Source: Sphagnum compactum
Taxonomy: Eukaryota
Reading direction: 5' to 3'
DNA: 64,000 nt
Assembly: GCA_965153455.1 (NCBI GenBank)
Contig: OZ234494.1
Coordinates: 10,416,001-10,480,000 of the forward strand
The notes below the pieces were generated by a model. The model made no database searches, was not told the DNA's origin, and saw nothing but the letters and a program-made list of their open reading frames with translations. Position 1 is the first letter of the stretch. Every line of letters starts with the position of its first letter. Position numbers and translations under genes: made by a program. Shown in pieces: positions 49,431 through 63,786 of the stretch.

Positions 49431-51772
49431 ATGTAGTGAACTAGTTTTTTTTATTTGTTATGCTAGTAGCTCATGGTGCAAGTTTTTTTATCATTTCTAT
49501 TGCACTTGTCGCTTGTATGGTAGCAACAAGCTATATGGCATGAAAATTATAGTTGATGATCAACATCTTAGCTTGGTATTGAATGTATGTGCCTCTTAAT
49601 GGGAATATAAATTAGTGGTGGTTTGAATTTCCACTTTAGTTCTTTTTTATTGAATTGGAATTTTCTTTTTTTGAATCTATGTACATTGCATGAGTGATAT
49701 TTTGGTTTATGTTATTGTTGCATTTTGGGTGGGAGTTCTGCAAGTGATTCTCTTGTGATGTATTGACAACATGTACTAATGTGGGCATGTAGGTATGGTT
49801 CTAATGTGCACTACTTGTGTAGGTTTGGGTTAGGCTATAATGAGCAAGATCCGTAAGGATCGAGGTTCAAACGCCCCAATCCATCATAGTTTTCTTGTAA
49901 CTTGTTCTTGTTTGTAGTTTGTTTCACTTTATTTTTTTCAATTGATGATGTTTGATTTAGTAGGGGTTTTTTTTAAGCTAGTGTTCTACTCATGTACAAC
50001 CACTGCAAGCTCCATTGTAACATGAAAATAATTGTTATGTTTCTTCCATTTGCATCTAAATGATCACCATCAAATCTCTCATTGAAAACAATATTTTGCC
50101 AACACATCTTGTCACATGCTTTTATGGATTGTTGCCCAATTCAAAATGCTTTAAGTGCATAAGGAGTTGCAGTCTGCCCCACTAAGATAAATGATAACCC
50201 AACTACTTACCATTGGTACCTCCACATGGGTTTGTATGTAGCATGCCAAGAAACCTTGGCATTTTGAAAACAAAATCATTATGGTTACAGTGTACGCAAG
50301 CATATCCCCCAAGTGGGAACCACTTTAAAAGACAGATGCAGAACTGCCAGTGATGGTCCTTCCTGGCATATCTCTTTGCAATTGGAAGCTCAGCATTTCT
50401 TCCAACAAAATTCTATTTTGAATCTAACTTCTCTATTGGGCAATTGGGTATAGGTATATACAAAGTGTAGATACTTTTCATTAGAGGGAGATAAAACCCC
50501 ACTTAATATTTTTGCACAGGATTTGTGCCTGAGCACACCTTGCTCATGACATTATGGTCCGGGGCAGCAGATTTGGTCATTTTCTTGACCACATTATATG
50601 ACATAATCTTCCAGTGTTTTATCATAAACTCATACTATTGATCACAATCTCTGTTGAACATGAATTTATTGAATTTGCCACCCCGGACCTTAATGTCGTG
50701 GTCTTCTCACTGCCCATTATGTTGGGTGTGTCACCTAGCTTGCCCTAAAGACCCCTGGTGCCTTACCAACATAATAGGCATGGGCTTGACCATTCCATAG
50801 GACATTTTCTCACTCACAATGTACATTCACATACACCCAGGACACATGTTTGTTGTCAGTGGTGCTAATTATCTAATAAACTCCACACACACTGATATGG
50901 TTTTGTTGTTGTTGGGTGCTCTTATCTTAGTATGGGAACATCTGGGCAGCTTTGGCATAGTTAAATCATCCTCAATTTTGATGATTTTTTGAAAAAAATA
51001 GCACATTAGAGAAATTTGCAAAGTCACCCTGTCTTCACGCTGTCTCTGGGCCTCTGTTCAACCCCTAACCCCTCTTTTAATGGTATCCAAAAAGTAAGGA
51101 AATTTTATTAAATATCAGTACAAAATGCTGAATCTCCACATTTAATGCACAAGGTTCGAGAGGAATTATAGTAGCTATACTGGTAGGAGCAGTGAAAATC
51201 TATGTAACAGTAGTGGAGGCGCTCATGAAAAAAGAAAGACAGGGTGAAACTCAGGGAATGCTAATGTAAGGGAGTTTCACCCCCCCTTGGATGCTAATGT
51301 ACTTTTTTGCAGGTTTTTTTTTAATCTCACCCTGTGTCTGACCAAACTCAGGGTACTAGTGCTGTCTTTTCCTGACTTTATGGATATTTCTATTATGTTA
51401 AAAATTTCAAAAATCCAGTCAAAATGTTATAGTAGCACTTGAAAGTAGCCAGATTCAAACTTAATTTGACCCTATTAGGCAAGTAATATTAAATGTGAAC
51501 CATCTAACCACAAGGATAGCAGGAAATTTTTGAAAACTATTATGGTTTTATTTTAACTATATTCCTTAATTTCTCTAATTTTTCAGAATAAAAAATATAG
51601 GCATCAATTTAAAAAATTTGCATTATATTAACTATTTGGCTGCCCAACGACTAATGTAGAAGGCTCCTCACAAAGCTGAGAAGACCCTGTGATGCAGGTC
51701 ATCCATAATAACTTTTTGGGGGTGTTACAAAGATCACAACCTATCCTTAAAGTGAATGTGGCAGAGTCACCA

Positions 51773-52463
51773 TGACATGCCCTTTTGCTTAAGAGATGTC
51801 TTAAGTGGATGTAGGCCTCATATCAGGACCACCTTAGTGGGGCACTAAGGCAATATGAAAGTTAGGTTAGAAATGGCTCCATGAGGTTTGACTCCTTTAG
51901 GAGCCAGGATATGTCCGGACCTCAAGGTTTGGATGGGCTAGGGTGGGAGCTCAGGCTTTCGTCACCCAAGAAGACTAGGGGTTGTCTTCGTGACTATAGG
52001 GTGGGGCACTATTTTCTTAAAACCTCAACTGACAATTAAACATTGTTTTGGGATGCCCAAGGGGACGAGCTTGCTAAAGCACCTAGGACGATTAGAAGTT
52101 GTCCCTTTAAAGCTTCGAGGCCACCAGAAGAAGGTAGGCTTGGGGATGACTCATGTCGTCCTGGCCTAAGTCCTTTAGACCAACTTTGGGAGTTGGTCCC
52201 AGAAGGCCCCTAAGTCAACTTGGGGTTGATTCAGCTTTAAGGCCATGTGGGCTGACTCCAAGAGTCGAACCCTGGCTTGCGCCAAGTTAGACTACAACAT
52301 AGCCTTGGGAGCAAGGTGTAGCGAGTTTAAGTTTGTTGTGAGCGGTCAAGATTTTGGCACTAACCAAATGTGCCATGGGGTGTGCAAGTAAATAGGAGTC
52401 AATGCGAAAGGAGCTTGGTGTGGCGCGTGGAGTGCAAGGAGGCAAGCAAAAAAGGGTGTGTCA
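51773..52463 (+). repeat. 5' LTR (691 bp), followed by a tRNA-iMet primer-binding site
   Basis: tgacatgccctttt...gtgtgtca, then ttTGGTATCAGAac at about 52465-52477. Confidence 0.9.
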
Positions 52464-55400
52464 TTTGGTATCAGAACTTAAAACTTGATCCGATAAGCGA
52501 AAAGATGGGAGAAGAAGCAGTTGTTGGGTCTTTTGTCACAAAATGTTCACGCCAGACTTAGGCGAAAATGGCAATGGTCAAAGCGAAAAAAGCTACCGCA
52601 AAGGAAGCTTGTGAGGCCAAGAAGTTGACCAAGTTGGCGGTGGTGGCTGAACTAGGATCTGCCAAGAAGTTACCCAAGACACCCAAAGGTGAAAAGGAAG
52701 AGGTGTCTAGGCCCTTTAACCCAAAAAGTGGGGAAGGAAGGGCATCAACAAGGAAGTAGTCTTCTAAAAGAGAAGCCTCCAAGGACAACATCCAAGTGGT
52801 GGAACAACTTTGATCTTCCTTTGATTCTTCAGAATTGAACGAGGAGGAAGAAAAGAACTCGGAAGCTATCAATATTCCAAAGAAACCAATTAAAGCATCC
52901 AAGCGGACAGAGGAGTCCAAAAGAACCCAAAAGGCTTTGGAGGTTCAAGCGGTTCAAGAAGCCCATGTGGCAAAAAAGGCCTGGGAGGCAAGACTCTAGC
53001 TTGAAGTTGAAGAAATCCTCCAAGCCATAAGAGAAACAACTCGATTGGAGATGGAATTAGAATGGGCCAAGTTTAAGATTTGTCAAATTGAAGAAGGTCC
53101 CTCCTCGCTATCCATGAACGCCATGGCTAAAGCCATAAAGGTGTTGCAAACCCTTGTGGTTAGTAAAAGGAAATCAACATGTAACTATCCTTGGAGCTGA
53201 CAGAGGTTCAAAAGGAAAAGGGGGTTGGGCCAAGTTAAGTGGGGAAGCCGCAAAGGCCATGAAGACCCAAACATTAGATTCTTTCACAGGAAATGACACC
53301 AAGGCGAAAAGGGTGAAATAGTGGGCTTTCCAAGTGGAGGCCTACTTTGAGTCCTAACGATCAACATGGACGTGGATCGGCTTAGGTTGGCGCAATATTT
53401 TTTAAAAGATCATGCCTTGGAATGGTGGATGACACAAAAAAATGTCAAGCCAAACTTAATGGGAAGTTTGCTTTGGAGTGCATTCAAGGCCAAATTAAGT
53501 GAGAGGTTCACCCTTCACAATCAAATGTTAAAGGATGGGCAAAAACTTTTAAGCTTACGCCAACCTGATGGACCTGGAGCAATGGGGAAGTATGTCCAAA
53601 CCTTCGTGTCCTTATTAAACTTCGTTCCGATCAAAGAAGAATATGCACAAAAGGTGACTTTCCTCCATGGCTTGTAGCCTTGGGCTCGCAATGCCATTTT
53701 ACAAAGATTAAGGTCCTTGCAACGTGCTAAGAAGCGATGAAGGTTGTGGAGTGCATGGAAAATGACTTCATGCACAAGAAGGCAGAAACACCACAAGCTT
53801 CACAACTCACCATGAGGGTGAGTATTGGAAGTGTAGTGCAAAATACAAGTGGCCCAAAGAAGGGCCATAAGAAGAAGTGGGATAAAAACCCACCCAAGGA
53901 CAAAAGAACCTTGATAGACTAAATCATGGGATGTTACTCTAGTTTTATGTTTCAACTTGCGACGAGTTGGGGCACTTTGCTAAGGATTTTGAAAAGGTAA
54001 GATAGGACTGGGCACAAGGGGGATTCATCACAAAGGCAAATGTGGCCAAGTTGGGCCCAAATTTAATCTTGTTTAGGTTCAAGGTAGGAACTAATGGGGT
54101 GTTGTGTCTTTTGATTTAGGAGCTACAGACTCATTTGTGAGCCCAAATACAGTAGCACGATTCATCTACAAAGGTGGCCAAACTCATCAAGGTCCAATTA
54201 ACACAAGGAGCCACGACACCAACAAGCAAAGTGGTGTTGGGGGTCGTTTTTGAATGTGGCAAAGCAAAGTTTGCAGAGAATTTCATGGTTTGTGCTTTGG
54301 ATGGCATTGAAGCCATCTTAAGGAACATTTTTTTAAACATTCATCATGTACATGTTTTGAGAAAAGGCTCAAGTTAAGAGTCATTGCTAGGCTAGCAGAT
54401 AGGTATGTTAGCTTAGAAGTTGAATACCAAGTTGGTTTAGATAAGGTAGGTATTCATTTAATCTCCTTGCAAAAATTGTAAGAAACCTCATTTTTAATTC
54501 TTATGTGTGTGGATGCATCTAATGTTAAGTCTAAAGCCAAAGGGGTTAAGTCTTGGCCTACTTGTATTTCCAACACAATTAATAAATTTTTGGATGTTTT
54601 AATGGACGAGCTCCTTAAACATCTACCTCATTTTTGCAATGTGAACCATAACATTGACGTGATGCTTAGGTCGACACCACCTTCTAAATCACCTTACCAA
54701 TTTAATAAAAAAACAACTAAAATTTTTTAAGGCTCAAATAAACGACTTAATGGAATAGGGATACATTAGGCCAAGCAAATCACCTTATGGTTTGCCCATT
54801 TTGTTCATGGATAAATGGGGCTTATTATTTTAACTACATTGACTTGAAGTCGAACTATTATCATATCCGTGTTGAAAATGCAAATGTGGAAAAGACGGCC
54901 ATGAGGACAAGATACGGCTCATACGAGTTCTTGGTCATGTTGTTTGGCTTGTGTAACACCCTATTCATTTTCACAACTTTGATGAACTCAATCTTCCACA
55001 AGAAATTAGATGAGTTCATGATCATCTACATAAATGACATCTTGGTGTATTCCAAGTTTACGAAAGAACATGCGACACATTTAGAGTTTGTGTTGCAAAA
55101 ATTCAAAGAGGATAAGCTATATGTCAATTAGGCAAAAAAAGTTTGCAAGTTTGGAAATGGACTTTTTGGGACATGTATTATCCAAGGAAGGGGTGAACCC
55201 AAAGAAGATTGAATTAATTAGGGAATGGCAAAACTTGGTTTTGGCCAAAGGGGTTAGATCATTCCTAGGATTGGCCAATTTCTATAGGAAGTTCATAAAG
55301 GACTTCTTGGCATTGGCAAAACCACTCATTGACCTCTTAAAGAAAGAGGGATCGTTTGAGTTGAAGGGTGAATAAACAAAAGGTATTCAAATTCTTGAAA

Positions 55401-58059
55401 GGGAAGTTGTCGTCAACATCGGTGTTGTGATTCTTGGATTTTACAAAGCCATTCAAAGTGCATACAGATGCTAGTGGATTTGCGATAGGGTTTTGATGCA
55501 GGAAGGACACCCAATCACCTTTGAAAGTAAAAAAGTTGGAAGGGGTTCAGTTGAGATGGTTAATTCATGAAAAGGAGTTGTTTGTAGTAGTGAATTGTCT
55601 AATAGGCATGGCAACATTATTTGGTTATCATAAAACCAAAGTTTTTACGAATAATGTATCCTTCAGATATTTTGAGACCCAACCAAGGGCCACGACGAAA
55701 TAATTACATTGGCACAATACCTTGGCTTTTATGGACATTGAGTTGATTCATAAGCCTGGCAAAGACAATGTGGTGCCATATGTGTTAAATCACAAAGAGG
55801 AATACCAAGGGTAGATGCCTTGGGAAAATACTTAAATTCTCCAAGTGATCTAAAGATAAAGATATGAAAATTGTATGTGGAAAATCATTTGGTGCAAAGT
55901 TATTTTAATGACTTGTGCCACAAAAAGAAGGTGAGAGGGATTAACCTTTCTAGACGGATTGCTAAAATGAAAATAATCATGTGTCTATGTGCCAGAAGGA
56001 AAATTGTGCACAAAAGTTATGCAAAAAGTGCATGATGCGCCCATGGTGGGACACCATGGTGAAAAAACAACAAGGGAGTTGTTGGGGAAAATTATCTACT
56101 AGCCTGAAATGAAGGAAGACATAGAACATTACGTCCGTACGTGTGTAAAATGCCAAAGTACCAAGTCGGTACATAAGAAAAAGTTTGGGTTGTATAGGCG
56201 AGGCCCTTCTTAATTTCCTTAGCTCCATTTGAGAGTATTTCAATGGATTTTATGACATGTTTCCTAGAATGGGAGGGGACGAATGCCATTTTTTGTGGTG
56301 GTAGACATGCTGTTGAAATTGGTTAAGTTTGCATCGACCCAAACAAACGCCATGGCGACGGGGATAACAAAGCTATTTTTTGACATGTGGGTCCGGCATA
56401 ATGGTATGTCAGAGGTCATAGTTAGTGACCAGGATGTGAAATTCACGTTAGAATTTTGGACGCTATTGATGAAGAAAGTAGGGACCAAGTTAAAATTTAA
56501 TATTGCTTTCCATCCGCAAACTGATGGACAAATGAAAAAAGTGAACATGATATTGAATTAATATCTCCACAATTATATCGTCAATGATCATAAGGATTGG
56601 GGCAACCATTTGGGTTTGGCGGAATTTTGTTACAACTCCACAAAACACTTAACCACAAAAAGGAGTTGAAGTGAAACAACCCATGGATATAACCATTCCT
56701 AAAACAAAATGCACTTGCTGCAAAGGCAACAAGGAGGTCAAAGAGATGGCTAAAGAATGTGAAAAGAGGAAAGCATGGGTCATCAAGCTTTAAAAAAAGG
56801 CGTAGTATGCTAGTTATGAGAAACAAGCCAGAAAATTGCAAAGGCACATTGAATTTGAGGTGGGGGACCTAATGTGGTTAAACATAAAAGACTTTAAAAT
56901 GCTTGAAATTTTGGCAACTAGGTTTGTCCCAAAGTACATGGGTTTTTATAAAATCACTTGGAAACCCCACCCCGATGTGTACACTTTGCAACTACCAACA
57001 ATGTTGGTAGCCCATCCGACCTTCCATGTGTCAAAGTTGAAGCCAATTCATGATGACAAGAAAAGGAAGGACATAATACATGCCTATCACCCATGATTCA
57101 ACCTCATTGAACACAAGCTTGCAGGGGAAGTAAAATGCATCCAAGTCGCAGAAAGGATGTCACTCAAAAAAATCACAATGGGTGATGCCCGCTCATTTAA
57201 TCCATTTGTTGAAAATGGTTGAAAAGTTTGAACAGGAGCGTGGCCACAAGATGGGAAATAGGAAATCACATAAAGATAAGTCCAACACATCAGCATAACA
57301 TTGATGACATGAACCTCCAAAAGGGGGGGGGGTGAGAGCAAAACCTAGAAGAATGGACGTATATTTAAATTTAAACTAAGGCAAGTCGGGAGTTAGTTTG
57401 AAGTCAAGATGTATGAAATGGGGTGGACCATGGAAGAATTAAGTGAAGGATGAGTTGAAGTGACAACAACCAATTGAAATGGGTTTAAAGAGTTGAATTC
57501 AAAAGAAAACTTTCTAAGGGTTTAATAAGGCGAGATTGTGGTAGTGATGCATGCGCATTAAATGGCATGTCCCTGAATTGAGAATAAGCTTGTAAGAGTG
57601 AAATTTCCAGTGCATGGAGTCGTAAACCATGTCCTTTTAAGGCAAAGGGGGCTTGGTTTGGCTAAACCCAAGTCGACATTATCTATTGGCACATTTTATA
57701 GTCATACTTTGGTGTGGTTGCCCAGGGTCACCGAAAGAACATGCTTAGGCATGAGACTTAACCCTCAAGTGTTTTGAGGGGGTCCAAAGAAGGGGAATGT
57801 CACTTGGTAAGAAAAGTGAGCCCAATAGGGTAGTAGTGCAGTTTAGGGGATTGGCACAAAATCGAACAAGACAATTGTCTAAGATTCCTCTTGCATTTAA
57901 TAGAAAGAGTTTAGGATACAAACTATACCTAAGTTGAGAACTATCTAATCTCCTAAAGGTTTGAAGTAAAAGGGTGGCAAAAGGGATGGGTTTGCCATGA
58001 CAAAGGCGACATGTTATTTGTGTCTACAAGGATGTAGACCTCCTGAAGGTGGGGGTGAA

Positions 58060-58545
58060 TGACATGCCCTTTTACTTAACAAATTTCTTAAGCGGATGTG
58101 GGCTTCATATTGGGACAACTTTAGTGAGGCACTAAGGCAAGCCCGTTAAAGCACATGGGACATTTAGAAGCTATCCCTTGAAAATTTTAAGGCTGCCAAT
58201 AGAGGGTTGGCCCCGGGATGACTTGGGTTGTTTCGGCTTAAGTCCTTTTGACCAACTTTAAGAGTTGGTCTTAAAAGGCCCCCAAGTCAACTTGGCGTTG
58301 ATTCGGCTTTAAAACCATGTGGGTCGACTTAAAAAACCAAGCCCGGTCTTGTTCCAAATTAGACTAAAACTTAGCCTCGATAGCAGGGTTTAATGAGTCT
58401 AAGTCTGTCCTAAAACGATAAAGACTTTTGGATTAACCAAATGTGCCATAAGGTGCACATGTAACTAGGAGCTAAAGGAATTGACACAAGAGGAACTTGG
58501 TGTGGCATGTGGAGCATAAGGCAACAAACAAAAAAATGTGTGTCA
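58060..58545 (+). repeat. 3' LTR (486 bp), preceded by a polypurine tract
   Basis: PPT gaaggtgggggtgaa at about 58045-58059; tgacatgccctttt...gtgtgtca. Confidence 0.9.
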
Positions 58546-58899
58546 CACCACCTTTGGTTGATAGCAACTATTTTCATATCCATGAGCTAACCCATATCTA
58601 ACCCATATCAAAATGTAAACAACCATACCCTCTTGATTAGTTTTCATATTTTCGAACTGACCACATCCAGCCATATATGGTTATTTTTTAGGAAATTTTA
58701 AATTTCAAATTTGCAACCTTTTAATTGTCTTAGGACAAAATATCTACTATGTGTAAAAGCAACCCAACAAAAATAAGGGTTTTACCATGGTATCATTGTA
58801 GGTGTGGAAAGTGCAAAGAATCTTGGAGTTGCATTTGCATTATTTAAACCCAATGTGCAAACCACACACCGCCCACCAACCCCCCATACCATATAAACC

Positions 58900-61800
58900 G
58901 CACACCATCCACTAGCTCCCCTTATCAACCCTTAACCTTTTATGTGAATGTGCAGCCCCAACCCAACATTTTCCCAATCCTTCTAAATAATACACATGTC
59001 ACACTTTCTACTTTGTTACCCCCTATAATTGCCCATGATCAAACCCCCCAACCTACCCCAATCCTCCCAACATGCCTACAATTTTCACCTAGAGCCTCTT
59101 GCCCCACTTGTGGGCATCAATTTAACCTTCAAGGGTTAACTTACACCAATGTTCGTATCAAGTATCTAGTCCATCTAATCCAAACCTACATGACCTTCCC
59201 GGCCTAGTACCCTCCTTTACTCCCAACCCGTCGGCATAAACTCGGGCTTGGGTTTTAGCATTAGATGTCCTTGGGTCCTTCCATCTTGGCTTTCGTTGTT
59301 ATCGATTATACAACTACATCCCTATTGCTTTACGACATGATGTACAAGCGGCATCTCATTTTCCATTTGATAAGTTAACATAGGACCCCTTTGATGTTGT
59401 AGTTTGGCATCTGCGCCTCCTACTACCCCTATGGTGTTTTGCTTTACCCCCTCAAAAGGGGGCCACTGGGCATAGGGAAATAAGGATATGACTTAAACAT
59501 TTTTTAGCAAACGATTGGGAAAACTTGCAAGAGGAATTCTTTTTACAGGCCTAAGTTTTGGCAACAAGTTTGAATTTAATGCATCCTGACCAACATGATC
59601 TTCCAACTCATAAATGATTTTTTCGTAGTTTAGTCCTTAAATGTGTAGGAAAATACTTTTGAATGGCATGCGCTCTGGCACCATTTTCTCCTGCACCCAC
59701 ATCCTTCAACACCACCTTAACTCTCACCACCCTACATCTTGAATCAAATGACTTCTTCCCATTTTCTTGGGAAAATTATGAACTAGACTAAGATTTCGAA
59801 TTTTCATATGACTCTCTCAAGCTAACATTCCAACTCATATCGAATCTATATATAAATGGTTATTTTGGGATGGTCTTTGAAAACCTCTGAGATTATTTTC
59901 AATTAGAACATTTTGCAGGTGGATTCCCATAATTGTTTCAACTTTGCTATCATATCACACAAGGTCACATTCCACATCGAATTGCACATATCCTTGGGGT
60001 AGCTCACCTTTTAGCCATGATCAAGCCTTCAGATGAAGTTTGTCCCATTGTCATAAAGGAAGCCTTGTATTGATTCAGAAGTTGAAATTTATGCTTTCAA
60101 TTTCACGATGCCTTTGTAACACATTTTTCCCCACACCAATTTGGAGTAGTAACCAAAGGTGAATGTGAAACAATAATCCATGGCATTTAGTGCACCTTGG
60201 ATCTTCTCCATGACTAGGTTGTTCTTCAACTAGACATGGTGAAAGCTTTCAATTTGGTGTTAAGAGGGGTCAAATTTCAAGAACTTGTGCAGCATATGGG
60301 GACATCATACAACTTATCCCCTTTGTTTGTGCATTTTATGCATTTGAATATCCCCTATTATACAATCACCGTAATTGTGATGGCAATGTCACGGTCATCG
60401 CATCTATCATGGGAATTTGTCAAGGTAATCCTTTGGGAGGGGCATTTATTTTCTTTAATTCACCTTAGGGCATTACGTTCTATAGCTAGCCATTTCCCTT
60501 CATGTTTATTTCCATACATTGTAAATGACACTCACATCACCGGCCCCCCTTCCATTGTATCCGCTACATATGAACACTTTCAAATTGAACTTCATGTGAT
60601 AGGTCTTTCTATCCAACTTTAAAAATGTGTAGCATGCTCCCCCCATGCCTATCGCCCAACTTCAACACCCCATCCCAATTTAACACACCATTAAAAGGAA
60701 TTAGAGTCTTGGGAGTTCCATTGGGCACCTCATAATTCAAATCATCTTTCATCAAATATACTTTGCTAAAAGATGTTTGACATGTTGACCTTTTCCCTAG
60801 GTTGGGCAATGTTTAAGTAACTTTTGGAATACTATTCATTGTTACACACAATGACCATTGTATCTATTACATTACACACCTCCTTTTCCCACCTTCATAA
60901 ATTCCTTTGTTTTTTTTACTCTTCCTTCCTTCAAGTGTTTGGATGTCTCCTGGGTCTAGGGTCCTTTGATAGTCATAAAGGACTTTTAGTATGTAAACAA
61001 ATCTCTCTCCCAATAACTCTTGGTGGCATCGGGCTCATACCAACATTCACCATCACCCCAACAGCCTATTTAGGGAGTTGGGCCCTTTTAGCCTCAATCA
61101 TAGCTATTAGGTTCATGGTCGATCAACATCCTTTCCTTCTTAAAGCTTTAGTGCAAGTTGACAACAACACCTTCCCTTTTTAACAACATTTCAAATTAAC
61201 ATGTGATTTTTTATTGCCTTTAACACGAACTTGTTTCCCTCTTTTTGAACAAGCCTATGTTATTTGGAGCCTAAAACAAGTTTTTTTAGCTCGAATTACC
61301 ACATCCTTCAATTGTAGGCCTCCCTTAATGCGTGTGCACACATCATGTCAACCCTATGGGTATCCACTTTTTACATTGCGCCCATGGCAACAAACACATG
61401 GGGAGTCATGATGCAATTCATAACACTTTTGCTACCATTGCACGAGATGTTGGTTTCCACGTGGGACAAGCACAATTACATGCGCTTCCCTCAACCACAC
61501 ACAATTCCTCCCCTTGACAAGTTGACATTATGCTCACCAAAGATGAAATCCATACTTGAACTGATTTTGTTATGGTTGACCCAACATGTGCAGATTACTT
61601 CCTCAACGTTGCACAATTCAAGGATTTGTTGCCTTCAATGCGATTCAAACCAAAGAAAAGAGTTATTGTGACTAACACCCCATCAATGAATTCTTCTAGC
61701 AAATTAAGTATTTGGGTGTTTACACAAACATGCAAATGCGTTTTTACATGATTGTGCCAATGTTCTTTGGAGCCTAAAAGAGCCAAAGGGCCTTCCCCTT

Positions 61801-62086
61801 TTGTCTTGGTTACTTTTTTTCGTCAAAGAATTTCAATTATGTTGCAAAGGATGCAAGCATCCTCCATCTTAAGTTGGATAATGGTAGTAGGCCTAATTAC
61901 CTTTCAACTTCCACCCCTTCAGGACACACCCCCATTGCCACTACTGACTTATTACAAGCGGTTGGTTGTTGATATGGAGAGTTTTTAACATCTAATTTGT
62001 GTTAACTTGATATCCTTCAAGATCCCTTGTTTTTAATACCTTTGTACATTTTTTGAACATGTGGTGTGTTTCATAAATAAAGTTTT
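58900..62086 (+). mobile_element. Decayed CRE-like non-LTR retrotransposon (RT + restriction-like endonuclease)
   Basis: N-terminal CPTCGHQF Zn-finger remnant. RT motifs PHQFGV, VLQLDMVKAFN, GICQGNPLG, YIVNDTHI, GIRVLGVPLG and SLPITLGGIGL. CCHC knuckle C.C..GIHFLHCAHG, HDAIH, the RLE-type VDIML..D..VDP and terminal QRISIMLQRMQASSIL. The 3' end is near aaataaagtttt. Confidence 0.8.
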
Positions 62087-63786
62087 AGAGGGTCTTCATG
62101 AATATGCAAAGTTTACATAATCATATCTACACTTCAGGCAAGTAGAAGGGGCAGCTGATTCAGCCCTCTGGGGAGCTATTGGGAAGCAGGAATCATGAAA
62201 TGCACTGCTGGACACCCTTACAGGCCTGCCTTGCGCAGGGGGGGCTGTTTCACAAAATGGAACGCCTGGCCACAAGGTCATTTCAATTATGATCTGGTGT
62301 GAGCGTGTTGCAGAAGTTTGATGACCATTCTGTGTTTCAGATCCTAGGTGCTAGATTGTAAACATGAAAACCAGAGTTATTTATTCATCTAGGTTCTGAA
62401 CCTTAGATACTCACTGTTGTCTATTGCTTGTGTTTTTCATCTCTCAGTAGAATTACTTGACTGAATCATAGTTGATCACACCCTGGAATAAAACTGAATA
62501 GTATTGAACGTGATGAAATGTACTCTCATAAAAAGAGACTACATGTTCCTTGGATTAACAGCCACACCAGTTTCCCAGTAAAAGGAAATATGGGTTTACA
62601 GAGCATTTGATCAGGGCGTATATATTGTCAATTGCCAAGACATTTTAACTTGCTAAATGGGTAGAAACAAATCATATCAGAGCTTTTTCAAAGTAGATAT
62701 ACAGTATCTGGTAATTTTTATTTCATTTTCGAAATTAAATTCAGCAATATAAATGGTAATTTATGTAAACTTTGATTTTAAATCACAGTGAAATACATTT
62801 ATTCAACAATGATCATTGATAAGAAGAATATCAGATGTTGAAGAGCGAGAGTCTTCCTTCATGTTCCTTCTTGAACATGGGCAACAATTGAACATGTGCA
62901 ATGAAGTGAACATTACTGGATCCTTTGATGCAAAAGGCACACAACTTTGGGCATGGCTGTTACATTTTGTGCCCAACTTGAAAGTATTGTTCTAATTTTC
63001 AATTGTATTCAAATTTTCTGATGAAATTCTACATATGCTTGAAATGAAAAGTGATTTTACAACGTACAATCCATTTCTTTAGGGTCAGTTCCTCACATTT
63101 GAAGGCTTGAGGTCAAACACTAATGATGCTTCGTAAAGTTGCACAATGCATGAAAGTTTAGAAAATCGTCACATTTTCTTATAGAAGGCATCTGAGGAAG
63201 TTGCCCAAAATGTGGAAATTTAAAGTGCATGCAAAAGTTGCACAATGGATGAAAATCTTGAAAACTTTGCCTTTCACCTATTCAAACATGATATTCTAAG
63301 AAGTTGTATAATAGATAAAGATACAGGAAATTGCCTTCATTTCCCCAAGGAATGCATATATCCATTTGGCAGGTCCTTCCAATATTTTTAGAGCAATACA
63401 GCACAAAGATATAATGGTGGGTGACACTGGATTGTCAAGAAAGTGAAGTAGTAGAGCCCATTGTGCAGGCGCTTGCTTCTACAGAATGCAATGCTGGGGA
63501 GCACCGTATAATCAAGAATAGCACAGTAGGAGCCACAATATGGTTGGTTGCATAAGCTTTGAGGCCAAAGATGGCACAGGACTTAAATCCATGTCATGAC
63601 AAGACTGTCCCCATGTCCCTCTAGATGCCAGTACACATCCCATCATCCTAAAATGCAAGTGCAAACCAGCTGTTGATTTACAGAGATGAGGTTGAAAGAG
63701 CAGAGAGTGAAAGGAGCAGAAGATATGATCCATGACATGTGTGAGAGGAGAAAAGAGAAATGCACAATCGAAGATTTAGGCACCTT

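Larger units (their letters stand above)
51773..58545 (+). mobile_element. Full-length but decayed Ty3/Gypsy LTR retrotransposon (chromovirus-like)
   Basis: 5-bp TSD CACCA on both sides and LTR ends TGACA..TGTCA. gag (LKDHALEWW), zinc-knuckle and protease remnants, RT (IDLKSNYYHIRV, KTAMRTRYGSYEFLVM.FGLCN, IYINDILVYS), RNase H (VHTDASGFAIG), integrase (HDAPMVGH..CVKCQ, SISMDF, IVSDQD, AFHPQTDGQ) and a GPY/F-like motif (PKYMGFY..HPTFHVSKLKP). Confidence 0.93.
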
